Of a stretch of 64,000 nt of DNA, positions 9,727-20,755 are shown piece by piece. Location of the stretch: positions 75,055-139,054 of the forward strand of contig DATEZQ010000001.1 of NCBI GenBank assembly GCA_035583355.1, written 5' to 3'. Under the pieces are notes generated by a model that saw only the letters and a list, made by a program, of their open reading frames with translations, was not told the DNA's origin and did not search any database. Source of the stretch: Minisyncoccota bacterium (GTDB taxonomy: Bacteria; Patescibacteriota; Minisyncoccia; Phycocordibacterales; UBA6899). Both the position numbers and the translations under genes were made by a program. Numbering within the stretch: position 1 is the first letter of the stretch; every line of letters begins with the position of its first letter.

Positions 9727-11921
9727 AAACTCTTCGAGGGAAACTTACGCTAAACACGTTGCTTGCGACTATTACACTCTTTGTCTTTGGGGGAGTTGGT
9801 TTTTATATGGTATTTTCGAGTGTAAGTGAAGACGCAATAGGCGGAAGTTTGCAGAGGGTGCTCATTGGTACATTTAGGCGTGTCGATGAGTACTTTGCTG
9901 AGAGAGGAAGAGAGTTTGATGCGCTTGCCAAGAATCAGACAGTACTTACGCATATTAGTAAGGGCGCATGCGCGAAGTCTGATGGCGTTACAGAGCTTGT
10001 GCTTCCGTTTTCCCGAAATGGCTGGGAGCGCATTGTTGTCGTCGATAGTGCGGGAACCGTCTGTGCATCTACGGGTGGTGGTATTGTCCTCTATCAGGAA
10101 GAGAAGAATGCAATTGTTGAGGCAATGCGCGGAGTACGGGTGCAAACCGATATGATTTCCTCTGGGAATTTTTTGCAACCCAATCAGATACTTGCGTCAC
10201 CGATTATTTCAGATAGTGGGACAGTAGATGCAGTGCTTCTTGGTCGACTTACTGCGGGTGAACTTACGAGTACGCTTGCTGATATTGGTTCTCCTGCACA
10301 GCTGATGAATGCAAATGGATTAGTGCTTTCAAGTACTCGCTCAAATGATCGCGCAAGTGAAGGGCTACTTTACCCAGATCCAGTTTCTGTTTGGAATTTT
10401 GCAAGTAGCCTTAGTCCTGCTGACCACGGAGTTATGAGATTCGGGGTAAGTTCGGTAATTGTTGCGATTGCGACAGAGCCCGGAGTCCCTGGATACGCGG
10501 GGAAAGGTTGGAAACTCATCGCTATAGAAAAGAATAACGTCCTTTATGGAAGCAGCTTCGCACTTCTTGGTGCCGCACTTTTCGGTCTGCTTTGTGTATT
10601 ATGTGGACTTATATTCTTTGGTAGGATTCCGCTTCGACTCGTAAACGAACTCAAACAGATGGCGTATTATACCGAGCAACAGCTGCGAGGCATAACTGAA
10701 TTTATTCCTGGAAACAAGGAGATCGAAATAAAGTCCGTGTATAACGCAATTGAACGGCTTGCCGTACGGTATAACGTGCTCGCGCGCACGAGGGATGACA
10801 GTACGATCAAGCTTGCTCAAGATCTAGAAGCATACAGAGAAGACCGAGATCGGTATGCAGTGATGATCGGAGCAATGCGGGAGGGGGCATGTGCAATAAA
10901 CAATGATGGCATAATCACACTTTGTAATCTGTCCGCAGCGAATATGCTCGGGCGAAACCGAGATGAGATTATTGGACAACACTACTTAAAGGTCTTTCGT
11001 TTGTATCTTGATGAGGACATGACTAAGGAGTTTGATGCACTGGAGAAGGCATTACTTTCGGGGGGGATGTTTGCGGAGGAGGGGCCGTATTATGTACAAC
11101 AGGCAAGTGGTGGAGCACTGCCGATTCGCATGCAATCTACGGTTATAAGGAGAGGTGTAGACCGTGCGGCCATTGGGATATTCGTGCTCATGCGTGATGT
11201 AGGGAAGGAGCTTGCAGTTGAACAGGCAAAGAATGAATTCATCTCCGTTACTTCGCATCAGATGCGTACACCACTCGCGACGATGCGCTGGCACATCGAA
11301 CGATTGCTGCGGCCCGGGTCGCCACCATCTCCAGAGGTGTTGCGGGACTACTTAGAGCGCATTGAAAGAAACAATAAGCGCATGATCAGGCTTGCTGAAG
11401 CATTACTTGATGTGTCACGTATAGACCTCGAGGACACGCAGCGTAATCATGTTGAAGTGGATATTCCTGATATGGTGAAAGAAGTACTCGATGAGATCGA
11501 CGAAGAGACGCTATCGAAACGTACAATCGTGCAAAATTATAAGGGAATTGAGGGGCAGAAGGTTCTCTGTGATCCATACCTTATTCGTGTGGTATTGGAA
11601 AACTTCATAGAGAATGCGATAAACTACACGAAGCCGAAAGGAAAGATTGAGATTTCCGTCGTTATTGATGGTGATTCATTACGTATCGATGTCTCTGACA
11701 ATGGCATCGGTATAGCCGCTGATATGAAGGACAAAATATTCACCAAGTTTGTGCGCGGGAAGGACGCAACGTCGATGCAGCCTGCTGGGACTGGGCTTGG
11801 TCTCTACATTACTAAGTCGTTGGTCGAGCGTGCAGGGGGGAAGATTTGGTTTGAGAGTAAGCGAAATGATGGTTCAATATTCTCAGTGCGTTTTCCATTA
11901 AGTGATCCAAATAATAACTAA
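9723..11921 (+). CDS. sensor histidine kinase (periplasmic sensor, PAS, HisKA, HATPase_c)
   Basis: Two TM helices flank a ~280-aa extracytoplasmic domain; HisKA H-box ISVTSHQMRTPLATMRWHIERL; HATPase N/G boxes NAINYT...GTGLGLYITKS. Confidence 0.85.
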   Translation: MKTLRGKLTLNTLLATITLFVFGGVGFYMVFSSVSEDAIGGSLQRVLIGTFRRVDEYFAERGREFDALAKNQTVLTHISKGACAKSDGVTELVLPFSRNGWERIVVVDSAGTVCASTGGGIVLYQEEKNAIVEAMRGVRVQTDMISSGNFLQPNQILASPIISDSGTVDAVLLGRLTAGELTSTLADIGSPAQLMNANGLVLSSTRSNDRASEGLLYPDPVSVWNFASSLSPADHGVMRFGVSSVIVAIATEPGVPGYAGKGWKLIAIEKNNVLYGSSFALLGAALFGLLCVLCGLIFFGRIPLRLVNELKQMAYYTEQQLRGITEFIPGNKEIEIKSVYNAIERLAVRYNVLARTRDDSTIKLAQDLEAYREDRDRYAVMIGAMREGACAINNDGIITLCNLSAANMLGRNRDEIIGQHYLKVFRLYLDEDMTKEFDALEKALLSGGMFAEEGPYYVQQASGGALPIRMQSTVIRRGVDRAAIGIFVLMRDVGKELAVEQAKNEFISVTSHQMRTPLATMRWHIERLLRPGSPPSPEVLRDYLERIERNNKRMIRLAEALLDVSRIDLEDTQRNHVEVDIPDMVKEVLDEIDEETLSKRTIVQNYKGIEGQKVLCDPYLIRVVLENFIENAINYTKPKGKIEISVVIDGDSLRIDVSDNGIGIAADMKDKIFTKFVRGKDATSMQPAGTGLGLYITKSLVERAGGKIWFESKRNDGSIFSVRFPLSDPNNN

Positions 11922-11926
11922 TTACC

Positions 11927-12343
11927 ATGGAACAATTCAAGTCAAAAAAAATCCTCGTTGTCGAGGATGAGAAAGATATGAGAGATGTTATCGTTGAGAC
12001 ATTGACGGAAGTCGGTTATCCCGTTGTCTCAGCAGCAGACGCAGTTGAAGGGATGAAGCTCTACCATGATGAGCACCCGGACTTGATCGTCTTAGACATC
12101 CTGATGCCAGGAAAGACAGGACTTGCGCTCCTTAGTGATATACGCAAGGAGCCGGGAGGTGATAAGGTACATGTGATTATGCTCACCAACTATAATCCAA
12201 CAAATAGTAACCTCATTGAGCCAATACTTAAAAGTAATCCGGAATACTATCTGATAAAGAGTAATATATCGATGGATACGCTTGTTGATAAAGTTCGCTC
12301 AAGCTTCGAAATGGAACTAGAAAATAAAAACACCCCTAAGTAG
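11927..12343 (+). CDS. response regulator, receiver domain only
   Basis: KKILVVEDEKDMR...LIVLDILMPGKTGL...IMLTNY; no DNA-binding output domain. Confidence 0.85.
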   Translation: MEQFKSKKILVVEDEKDMRDVIVETLTEVGYPVVSAADAVEGMKLYHDEHPDLIVLDILMPGKTGLALLSDIRKEPGGDKVHVIMLTNYNPTNSNLIEPILKSNPEYYLIKSNISMDTLVDKVRSSFEMELENKNTPK

Positions 12344-12351
12344 GGGAGTTT

Positions 12352-13110
12352 TTATTTTGCAGTCTTTGTTGTCGTTGGAGTGGTTGATGATGCAGTAACC
12401 ACCTTTGTCTTTAGTTTATCGATATTCGGGATAAGATCCTCGATTTCTTTTTGGGTCTTGAATCCGTAATATGCCTTGCGGTTGATGATTAAGACTGGAG
12501 GCTCAGCATGCGTACGATAGATTGCCTTGAGGGTGTCTATCGATGAGAGGCCAAGGTTGTAGTCAAACGCATAGATATGCAGGCGGTCGTACTGCTCACG
12601 CATCTGCGTAAGCACATGACCTGCCTTGATACAATCTTCGCAGTCGCCGGTATTTGAGTAGAAGAAGATAATCGTACTGAACACCTCTCCGCACTGGCGT
12701 TGGCGTTCACGGAGGAGGAGATAGTCCTTAATCATGAGCAGCGAGTAGTCTTTCTTGAGGGCAATAACCTCTCGATCATTAGTTCCGCGCTGCTTTTCCA
12801 TGTCGTCGAGTCGTCGTGCAAGCTCATTCATCTGGGAGATCTGTGAGCTCGCTGCGGTTGGGTCATCACATGCGGCATCAGCAAGAAGCTGATATTGAAT
12901 CTCAGTTTCAACGATTTGTCGGTTGATTCCTGATTCTACTTCTTTAATAGCCGCAGAACGCAAGCTGTAGAAATAGTTGGAGGCAAGAAACGCGACTGCG
13001 AAGATTCCCAATGTGATGATGAACACCGCAATGAACTTACGCTTCGTAACGCTCTGCTGTGGGGTAATTTGTGTCATGGTGATTGTATGTTGATGCAAAC
13101 TTAACGCCAA
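12352..13110 (-). CDS. membrane-anchored coiled-coil protein with thioredoxin-like CxxC domain
   Basis: N-terminal TM, central coiled coil, C-terminal thioredoxin-like segment with a CEDC motif (FFYSNTGDCEDCIKAGHVL). Confidence 0.5.
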   Translation of the reverse strand: MALSLHQHTITMTQITPQQSVTKRKFIAVFIITLGIFAVAFLASNYFYSLRSAAIKEVESGINRQIVETEIQYQLLADAACDDPTAASSQISQMNELARRLDDMEKQRGTNDREVIALKKDYSLLMIKDYLLLRERQRQCGEVFSTIIFFYSNTGDCEDCIKAGHVLTQMREQYDRLHIYAFDYNLGLSSIDTLKAIYRTHAEPPVLIINRKAYYGFKTQKEIEDLIPNIDKLKTKVVTASSTTPTTTKTAK

Positions 13111-14354
13111 GTGGTCTCTTTTGAAGTAATCAGGTTATAGAGCGACTTTGCGAGCCAGAATGGAGCAATGAGTCCATAGAGGAAAAGGAATGAAAGTGTT
13201 CCGCGTGCAATGGTATATTGCTTGCGCACAAGGCGAACTCCAAACGTAATATAGAGGAGTGTGCCCAGGAAGAGGACATAAACGATTAGTCGATTGAATG
13301 TGAGATCATAAGAGAAAAGATCGAAATCCGTACTTGGCCAACCAAAGTGGAATCCCACCGCTTGTCTATATATGATCTCTTCGCCAATTGATTTTACCAC
13401 TGCTTTGATATACGCGACAGTGAAGTAGAGTGCGGTAAAGATGGAAATGAATGCAAAGGGGAGGGAGAGGACGCCAAGATAGCCATACTCACTTTTCATG
13501 AACATATGCCTATACGAGTAGTAAGCGTTTTTGAGAAAACCGGTTACCCAGCGCACACGCTGTTTATAGAGAGCAGGTAGGGTCTTTGGGGGAACGGTCC
13601 ACACGATAGCCATATGTGCATTCTCAATCTTGAGTTTGTAGGACTGGATGCGCAGTGCCATTTCCATGTCTTCGGTATGATATGCTGCACGGAAGTTGCC
13701 TATCTTGTCAAAGAGTTCACGGCGGAAGATGGAGAACGGGCCGGGGGTAACATAGAGGGCATTGATGCGCGAGAGAACCTTGCGGGTAAAGGCACCAACC
13801 ATGTACTCGATGGCTTGGATGTGCCTGAGCCAGTTGTCTGGCTTCCAAATCTGTACAGAGGGTGTGACGGAGACGACATCAGGGTCAGCGAAGAATGGAA
13901 CCATCTCGCGAAGGGCGTTGGGTTCTACATAGGAGTCTGCGTCGAGGCAGCCAATAAGGTCCGCCGTGCTCATCTCTATACCCAGATTCATAGCAGTATG
14001 CTTGCCGCCGTTTTCCTTAGTGATGATCTTCACCCTTTTATTGTCGCCAAAGTGTTTGCGAGCGACTTCAAGTGTATTATCTGTCGATCCGTCATTGACG
14101 AAGAAGACATCAAGTTTATCGGCAGGGTAGTCGAGCGCCAGAATTGAGTTAATAGTGCCAAGTATTGTGGTTCCCTCGTTCCAGGCGGGGACAATGATCG
14201 TCACTGTCGGTAGGCTTTCATCTGTTGCACGAGGTCGCTCCTTGAAGTGCATCTGGTCACGCTCTTCAATATAGGTGAGTAGCATAAAAACCTCAAAGTA
14301 GGTGACTGAGAAGAGGATTCCTATGGTTAGGATCTGTCCAATAAGTGGCAACAT
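13101..14354 (-). CDS. family 2 glycosyltransferase (processive, PgaC/IcaA/cellulose-synthase-like)
   Basis: GT2 D,D,D / QxxRW motifs (VNDGSTDNT, LDADSYV, KQRVRWVTG) with flanking TM helices. Confidence 0.85.
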   Translation of the reverse strand: MLPLIGQILTIGILFSVTYFEVFMLLTYIEERDQMHFKERPRATDESLPTVTIIVPAWNEGTTILGTINSILALDYPADKLDVFFVNDGSTDNTLEVARKHFGDNKRVKIITKENGGKHTAMNLGIEMSTADLIGCLDADSYVEPNALREMVPFFADPDVVSVTPSVQIWKPDNWLRHIQAIEYMVGAFTRKVLSRINALYVTPGPFSIFRRELFDKIGNFRAAYHTEDMEMALRIQSYKLKIENAHMAIVWTVPPKTLPALYKQRVRWVTGFLKNAYYSYRHMFMKSEYGYLGVLSLPFAFISIFTALYFTVAYIKAVVKSIGEEIIYRQAVGFHFGWPSTDFDLFSYDLTFNRLIVYVLFLGTLLYITFGVRLVRKQYTIARGTLSFLFLYGLIAPFWLAKSLYNLITSKETTWR

Positions 14355-14801
14355 GGTGATTCTTTTAGGCTCCAGAAAGGAGACGTGTAGTCTCTATCCT
14401 ATGCAAAATTTAGCCTTATGTAAAGCCCTATTTTAAATTTGACCGCATTTTGGGAAAATAGGCGAGAGTCGGCAAATTTCCGAAAAATGCCCAAAAATAA
14501 GGATTTCCAGCATATTTAATCATGAATTCGTGTTTTGTCAACATTAAAATACAACCATTTTCGAGGTACTTTCGAAAAAACTTTAATGTTAGTTGAGCAA
14601 TGTGTCTATGTTTTAAGCCATATTTTGTACCTAGTTGTAAAACGGTTGCATAATCGAGCTCCATCAGTACAATAACCCAGTACTCTAAAAAGCAGTAGAA
14701 AGCCCTCCGGGGAAGTCTATCGCCATAGTTTCCGATCCGCTTCTTCGCTCGACCGTCAGGCAGACCATCTGTCTCCACCAGAAGCAGAGTACAAAACTAT
14801 T

Positions 14802-15524
14802 ATGCCCAAAGAAGTTCTTGAGGGTTCAGAAGTTGGTGAACGTAAGGGGTTGCTTAACCTGCAGCCCCGTGCCCAAGCCATTGTTGCGCTTATCGCTGTA
14901 GCCTTTATGGTTGCACCAGCAAGTGTATTCGCTGCAACACCCTCTGCCTTACGTGAGCAAGATACCGATACGTACATCGAGCGCATTAATTCGCGCTACG
15001 GTGATCATGTCGATACCGCTGCAATGCTCACTGATTATGACCGCGATATGATTGTTTCAGTCATTACGGTTGAATCAGAAGGAAATCCTCGTGCTGCGTC
15101 TCCAGTAGGCGCTCGCGGGTTGATGCAGCTTATGCCGGGGACTGCAAAGATCTTCGGTGTGAAGGATCTCTCGGATCCTTTCCAAAACATTCTTGCAGGA
15201 ACAAAGTATCTGAAGGATCTTGAGACCAATTATGGTTTCAAGAATGTGGATGAAGCTTTGATTGCCTATAACATGGGTCCTGCACGTGCACGTCGTTTCC
15301 TGTCTCAATACGATACAGCGGACCACTCGTACGTAAAGAAGGTGAAATTCGTGTATAACCGTATTCAGGATCAGAAGCGTGATCTTAATCATGCGCTGAC
15401 ACTTCGCCAGTCTATCGATGATAGCGTGGCAAAGGCTGAGGCGGTGCGTCCTGTAGCTGTATCTTCGTTTGCTGCGAAGATATTCAGCCCGATGAGGGTA
15501 GCTGAGGCGTCAACGAGCAACTAA
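14802..15524 (+). CDS. lytic transglycosylase (SLT domain), secreted
   Basis: Signal peptide plus SLT catalytic motifs ITVESEGNP...GLMQLMPGTA...AYNMGP. Confidence 0.8.
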   Translation: MPKEVLEGSEVGERKGLLNLQPRAQAIVALIAVAFMVAPASVFAATPSALREQDTDTYIERINSRYGDHVDTAAMLTDYDRDMIVSVITVESEGNPRAASPVGARGLMQLMPGTAKIFGVKDLSDPFQNILAGTKYLKDLETNYGFKNVDEALIAYNMGPARARRFLSQYDTADHSYVKKVKFVYNRIQDQKRDLNHALTLRQSIDDSVAKAEAVRPVAVSSFAAKIFSPMRVAEASTSN

Positions 15525-15603
15525 CATTTACACCCGAAAGGGTGTTTTTGTTTTCTGTGGACGAGTTGGGGTGGCGCACAATGTAGCATGTTATACTCAC
15601 CCT

Positions 15604-16320
15604 ATGCTTGATGTTTCACTATTTTCCGCATTTTTCGCTGGTCTACTGACTTTCCTTGCGCCTTGTACTCTTCCTCTTGTGCCTGCCTACTTAGCGTTTC
15701 TTGCGAGCGAGACAGGTAAACTCGATGAAAAGAAGATTTTTCAACGCGCGCTTGCGTTCATGGTCGGTTTTTCATCGGTCATCGTATTACTCGGTGTGTT
15801 TGTCAATCAGCTTGGTCGGTATATCGCAGCGTATAGAGGAGAGCTCATTATGTTCGGAGGTCTTCTTTTTGTCCTCTTCGGCCTTACATTGCTCGGCGTC
15901 ATTAAAATCCCTGTACGAAGTGCAGGTATGCCGGCTTTCCTGAAGCCAACAAGCAACTTCGCTGTTGGACTCCTCGGAGTGGTGTTTGCATTCGGCTGGA
16001 GTCCATGTGTTGGTCCTATTCTTGGGAGTATCTATGTATTGGCCGCTCAGGCAGATACTGTGGTTCGCGGCACATTACTCCTTGTGCTTTATGCTGTCGG
16101 TCATAGTTTGCCTTTTATCCTCCTTGCTTACTTCTATGAACGATCCTTTAAGGTGGTGTCTGTACTCTCTCGCTATTCTGAAAAGATTAGTCGCGGAGCA
16201 GGAATCATACTCGTCATCATCGGACTCTTCATGCTTGTCGGACAATATGGCTTTCTGCTTTCTATTTTCGGAAAGTTCGTTGACGGTGATTGGCAGGAGA
16301 AATTGCTAAACTATCTTTAA
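15604..16320 (+). CDS. ccdA: cytochrome c-type biogenesis / thiol-disulfide transporter CcdA (DsbD beta-domain family)
   Basis: LAPCTLPLVPAYLAF plus a second conserved Cys in WSPCVGPILGSIY; 6 TM helices. Confidence 0.8.
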   Translation: MLDVSLFSAFFAGLLTFLAPCTLPLVPAYLAFLASETGKLDEKKIFQRALAFMVGFSSVIVLLGVFVNQLGRYIAAYRGELIMFGGLLFVLFGLTLLGVIKIPVRSAGMPAFLKPTSNFAVGLLGVVFAFGWSPCVGPILGSIYVLAAQADTVVRGTLLLVLYAVGHSLPFILLAYFYERSFKVVSVLSRYSEKISRGAGIILVIIGLFMLVGQYGFLLSIFGKFVDGDWQEKLLNYL

Positions 16321-16364
16321 AATAGCCCATCTTGGGCTGTTTTAATTGTGTTATAATTGTAGAC

Positions 16365-17315
16365 ATGTTACGAAGCATTCGTTTCCTTTTGGTCTCTATG
16401 CTGCTGCTACCGAGTCTTGCGGCTGCAGCTACAAGTTCTGTGGGTATTCCTACGGGGGGTATTTGGTTCTCGAAGGAGCCGTTCTTTGTTGGCGATCAGA
16501 TATTAGTGAACACACTTGTCTTCAATGCTACCGATGGAGTCGTGCGTGGAACGCTTGAACTTCTCGATGGATTAACTATCCTGCAGCAAAAAGATGTCGC
16601 CGTTGACGCAGGTGACTCTAAAATCGTATCATTTCCCGTACAAGTAACGAGGGGTAGGCATGCCTTTCATATACGTATTGCAGGTGGTGACGTGACCGGA
16701 AAGGGAGGAATAACGATTCCTGTGAAAACTTCGGGCGACTATGTGGGCCAGACAAGTGAGCTGAAGCGTGAGGCAGCTATAAGTCCTGAACTTCCTGTTG
16801 TTGATGTTCCAAAGTCTACGTCGTCTGTAGCTGTTGCAACGACTTCTGCTTTTACAAGCAAGGATGCGCAGGGCGTAGCAGATGTAGTGGAAAAAGTACT
16901 TCCTGCGAAAGTGGTGGAGCCCGTGGTGAATTTTGCCGTACCAATTATTGGCGCAACTGAATCCTTCCGAGTAGGACAGGCGAATTCGAATACCGAGAGA
17001 ATCAATAGTACTGTTGGTGACCTTGCAAAGGACATTGGGGTTGCAAAAGTATTAGGTATCACTACTGAGGCTACAAGTACTGGAAGGGTTGCCACCTCAA
17101 CGCTACTTTCGAAGTTTACAGGGTGGTCAGTATTTAGAGAGGGAATAACAAGCAATAACTTCATAAAGTCACCATTTGGGTATGTGAAATTGTTCCTCTA
17201 TTTGCTCTATCATGCAGTGGTAAGTGCGGCATGGTTTTTCTATGGCCTCTCTGCGTTCATTCTCTTTAAACTGTTTTTGTATGTAAAGAGACTTATCTTT
17301 CCCGTAGCAAGCTAG
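16365..17315 (+). CDS. secreted hypothetical protein
   Basis: Signal peptide MLRSIRFLLVSMLLLPSLAAAA and a C-terminal TM; Thr/Ser/Val-rich. Confidence 0.55.
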   Translation: MLRSIRFLLVSMLLLPSLAAAATSSVGIPTGGIWFSKEPFFVGDQILVNTLVFNATDGVVRGTLELLDGLTILQQKDVAVDAGDSKIVSFPVQVTRGRHAFHIRIAGGDVTGKGGITIPVKTSGDYVGQTSELKREAAISPELPVVDVPKSTSSVAVATTSAFTSKDAQGVADVVEKVLPAKVVEPVVNFAVPIIGATESFRVGQANSNTERINSTVGDLAKDIGVAKVLGITTEATSTGRVATSTLLSKFTGWSVFREGITSNNFIKSPFGYVKLFLYLLYHAVVSAAWFFYGLSAFILFKLFLYVKRLIFPVAS

Positions 17316-17463
17316 GAAAACAAGCACGGTACGTGCTTGTTTTTTTATTTCCTAGCGTAAAAGTCACCAATGTTGACGTTGAGCTACTATTTATGTTGCA
17401 AACTGTTTGCATGGCCATGTTGTGCTAGTATAAATTACATTACTGAAAGTACGAACCATAATC

Positions 17464-17979
17464 ATGGATAAAAAGACACAAATCATGGTGGTAACGGGAA
17501 CAGTCGTTCTCGTGGCTATCTTGCTCAGCATTGCTGTTTGGAGCAGCAAGCGTGGCACAACAACAGAGGAAGTAGCAACATCTACTGCCACTACAACAAC
17601 GCTTACTCAGGCAGAAGTCGCAGGTACGACCGGACTTCCTCTTGCATCGGCTATCGCGAAGAATGAGACTGCAGGTCTCGCTGCTGCAGATCAGGTGACT
17701 GGTGAATTTGTTGCAGTCACAAACCTCAATATTACTTCGGATACTTGGGTTACTGTTTACGACAGCGTAAACGGACAGCCAGGGCGTGTCATGGGAGCAT
17801 GGCTTGAGCGTGTAGAATCTGCTACACCAAAAACAATTGTTCCACTGCTCTCACGCAAGACTGAGGCAGGAAAGACCTACTTTGTTGCGCTTATCCGTGA
17901 CGATGGGGATAGGGAGTTTGATCTTTCTAAAGACCGTCCATCAGCAGATGCTCCGGTTGTATCATTTGTCGCAAAGTAG
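17464..17979 (+). CDS. membrane-anchored hypothetical protein
   Basis: N-terminal TM and Thr-rich linker; terminator hairpin at 17985-18010. Confidence 0.55.
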   Translation: MDKKTQIMVVTGTVVLVAILLSIAVWSSKRGTTTEEVATSTATTTTLTQAEVAGTTGLPLASAIAKNETAGLAAADQVTGEFVAVTNLNITSDTWVTVYDSVNGQPGRVMGAWLERVESATPKTIVPLLSRKTEAGKTYFVALIRDDGDREFDLSKDRPSADAPVVSFVAK

Positions 17980-18079
17980 CATTTTAAAAGAAAAGCACCC
18001 AAAGGTGCTTTTCTTTTTACATCAATATGTGTTTCTGTCGAAGAATAAAAACGCACCCGTGTGGGGTGCGTGCGTGGAG

Positions 18080-18466
18080 TCAGTCTTCCGAGTCCATGGC
18101 GTCATGAGTGAGGCACCAGAGCGTAATGAAGCCGAGTGTTGAGATGATGAGATGTATCGCGACAAGAACGGTCATCCATGCTTCGCCGTTTACCCACTTG
18201 GTCAGTTCAGGCTTGAATGTGAAAGCGAGAAAGCCAAACGCAACGAAAATGCAATGGAAGTTGAACGTATGGATGGAGAAGTCAACACCATCACCCCAAG
18301 TCCAAATGTTCATGATGAGGCCAATGATGGCGCAGATGAATGAGACCCAGTACAGTGCGATTGAATTGAGATGAATTTCAACAGCCATGTAGCGTAGCAT
18401 GTAGATGACGCCGATCGTCGGAAGGAGGGTGCAAAAGAAACTCGAAAGGATCATTTTGGTTTTCAC
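18080..18466 (-). CDS. small integral membrane protein
   Basis: 128 aa with 4 predicted TM helices. Confidence 0.5.
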   Translation of the reverse strand: MKTKMILSSFFCTLLPTIGVIYMLRYMAVEIHLNSIALYWVSFICAIIGLIMNIWTWGDGVDFSIHTFNFHCIFVAFGFLAFTFKPELTKWVNGEAWMTVLVAIHLIISTLGFITLWCLTHDAMDSED

Positions 18467-18568
18467 AAAACCCCCGAAAGTTTTCTACACTAGGTTTACC
18501 ACGAACACAAAGTTTAGCAAGTAGGGTGCTTGCATAGGCCTGTAAAACCCGTATGCTATACTTTTCTT

Positions 18569-20674
18569 ATGTCATTTTCACTTCGACCAGAATGGAAACC
18601 CGCAGGGGATCAGCCGAAAGCCATAGAGGCGCTTGTGGCTAATTTTGAGCAAGGCGCAAAAAATCAGACGCTTTTGGGTGTTACTGGATCGGGAAAGACA
18701 TTCACTGCTGCAAATGTGATCGCGAAGATAGGAAAGCCGACACTCGTCATTGCACACAATAAGACTTTGGCTGCGCAGTTAGCACAGGAGTATCGCACGT
18801 TCTTTCCGGATAATGCCGTACATTACTTCGTGTCATATTACGATTACTATCAGCCGGAAGCATATATTCCAACAACGGATACTTACATCGAGAAGGATGC
18901 TGCAATTAACGCAGAGATTGAGCGTTTGCGTCATGCTTCGACACAAGCTCTTCTTTCTCGGGATGATGTGATTATTGTTGCTTCTGTTTCCTGCATCTAT
19001 GGTCTTGGCTCACCTGAGGAGTATAAAAAAGTGCATATCGAACTCAAGAAAGGTATGACTCTCTCGCGTAATGAGCTTATACGAAGGCTCGTAGCCGTGT
19101 ATTTCAAGCGCACTACCGCCGATCTCGCTCCTGGAACATTCCGTTCGATTGGAAATCAGATCGAGATCATGCCCACCTCAGAACTTATGATCTATGAGGT
19201 TACGTTTGCAGGCGCGCAGATAGATCGTATCATGCAGATTGATCCGATGAGTAGGGCAGAAGTCAAGGAGCACCAAGCATTTTATCTGTTCCCAGCAAAA
19301 CACTTCGTTACTCCAGAGGATGAACGCTTGCGAGCGGTTGCGGATATTCGTGCGGAGCTCGACGAGCAACTTGCGCTTTTTGCGAAAGAGGGGAAGATCC
19401 TTGAAGCAGAACGACTACGCAGGCGCACGAACTATGATCTAGCGATGATAGCAGAGGTGGGCTACTGCTCGGGCATAGAGAACTATTCGCGACACTTTGA
19501 TGGCCGCAGCGCAGGTGAGGCACCTTCGACGCTCCTCTCGTATTTTCCACATACCGCTGACGGGAAGCCTGATTTCCTTACGGTTATCGATGAGTCGCAT
19601 GTCACGATTCCGCAGCTCAGGGCAATGTTTGCGGGAGATCAGTCCCGCAAAGAGACGCTGGTGCAGCATGGATTTCGATTGCCGTCTGCGAAGGATAACC
19701 GTCCACTACGATTTAATGAGTGGAGAGATCGCATCGGCGATATACTTTTCACTTCAGCTACTCCAGCAGATTATGAGCGTGAAGTGTCCGATAATATAGT
19801 TGAGCAGGTCATCCGTCCGACAGGCCTTCTTGATCCAATTATTGAAGTACGTCCAGTTGTCGGTCGTGATGGAGCGCCTGGACAGGTACAAGATTTTCTC
19901 GAGGAAGCAAGCAAGGTCATACAGCAAGGTTCACGAGTTCTCGTAACAACTTTGACAAAACGTATGGCTGAGGATCTCTCTACATATCTCACGGAGCGTG
20001 GCGTGAAGGCCGCATATCTCCATAGTGATGTGAAAACTTTGGAGCGTATTCAAATACTTACGGATTTCCGTAAGGGTGCATATGACTGTCTTGTCGGAGT
20101 GAACCTTCTTCGTGAGGGGCTCGACTTGCCAGAAGTTGCGCTCGTTGCGATACTCGACGCCGACAAAGAAGGATTTCTTCGCTCAGAGACTGCGCTGATA
20201 CAGACGATTGGACGCGCAGCGCGAAACGTCGAAGGACGCGTCGTTGTCTATGCGGATAGACTTTCAAGTGCACTTGAATTTGCCATAAAGGAGACTTCCC
20301 GTAGGCGTACTATTCAAGAGGCATACAATACAGAGCACGGTATCACTCCGAAGACAATCATGAAGCAGATTCATGATATCACTGAGGGGATGGATAAAAC
20401 GAATAAGGCAGCACTTGCAAATCTTATTTCTATTGATCGCATTCGTTTTACAGAAAACCCGCAAGCATTGATTAAGGAGAAGGAAAAAGAAATGGAAGAT
20501 GCAGTTGAACTTCTTGATTTCGAGACCGCAGCATTCTTACGCGATGAAATTGCAGCGCTTGCAACAGAGCTTGGTCTGTCTCATAAGGCGGAGGCAGCAT
20601 CGAAAAAGGCGAAGCAAGATGATAGTGCTAAGACAAAACCGGTGAAGAAGAAATCTTTGTTGAGCCGTCGGTAA
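18569..20674 (+). CDS. uvrB: excinuclease ABC subunit B (UvrB)
   Basis: Walker A GVTGSGKTF, helicase motifs, beta-hairpin region and a C-terminal UvrC-interaction region; start at ATG 18569 (MSFSLRPEW). Confidence 0.95.
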   Translation: MSFSLRPEWKPAGDQPKAIEALVANFEQGAKNQTLLGVTGSGKTFTAANVIAKIGKPTLVIAHNKTLAAQLAQEYRTFFPDNAVHYFVSYYDYYQPEAYIPTTDTYIEKDAAINAEIERLRHASTQALLSRDDVIIVASVSCIYGLGSPEEYKKVHIELKKGMTLSRNELIRRLVAVYFKRTTADLAPGTFRSIGNQIEIMPTSELMIYEVTFAGAQIDRIMQIDPMSRAEVKEHQAFYLFPAKHFVTPEDERLRAVADIRAELDEQLALFAKEGKILEAERLRRRTNYDLAMIAEVGYCSGIENYSRHFDGRSAGEAPSTLLSYFPHTADGKPDFLTVIDESHVTIPQLRAMFAGDQSRKETLVQHGFRLPSAKDNRPLRFNEWRDRIGDILFTSATPADYEREVSDNIVEQVIRPTGLLDPIIEVRPVVGRDGAPGQVQDFLEEASKVIQQGSRVLVTTLTKRMAEDLSTYLTERGVKAAYLHSDVKTLERIQILTDFRKGAYDCLVGVNLLREGLDLPEVALVAILDADKEGFLRSETALIQTIGRAARNVEGRVVVYADRLSSALEFAIKETSRRRTIQEAYNTEHGITPKTIMKQIHDITEGMDKTNKAALANLISIDRIRFTENPQALIKEKEKEMEDAVELLDFETAAFLRDEIAALATELGLSHKAEAASKKAKQDDSAKTKPVKKKSLLSRR

Positions 20675-20755
20675 AACAAGCAACATAGTTTGCTTGTTTT
20701 TATTATCTCCGATGCCATGTCCAACGCGTAAGCCGCTTATGCTATAATATATGAA

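Noticed and set aside
14360-14801. Possible riboswitch, such as c-di-AMP ydaO-type, in the 440-nt region upstream of the lytic transglycosylase gene
   Set aside because: Only vague CCGGGG / GGGGAAG words are present. I could not recognise the pseudo-symmetric ydaO consensus or any convincing conserved stem architecture. The region is mostly AT-rich promoter-like sequence. It would need a covariance-model search to revisit.
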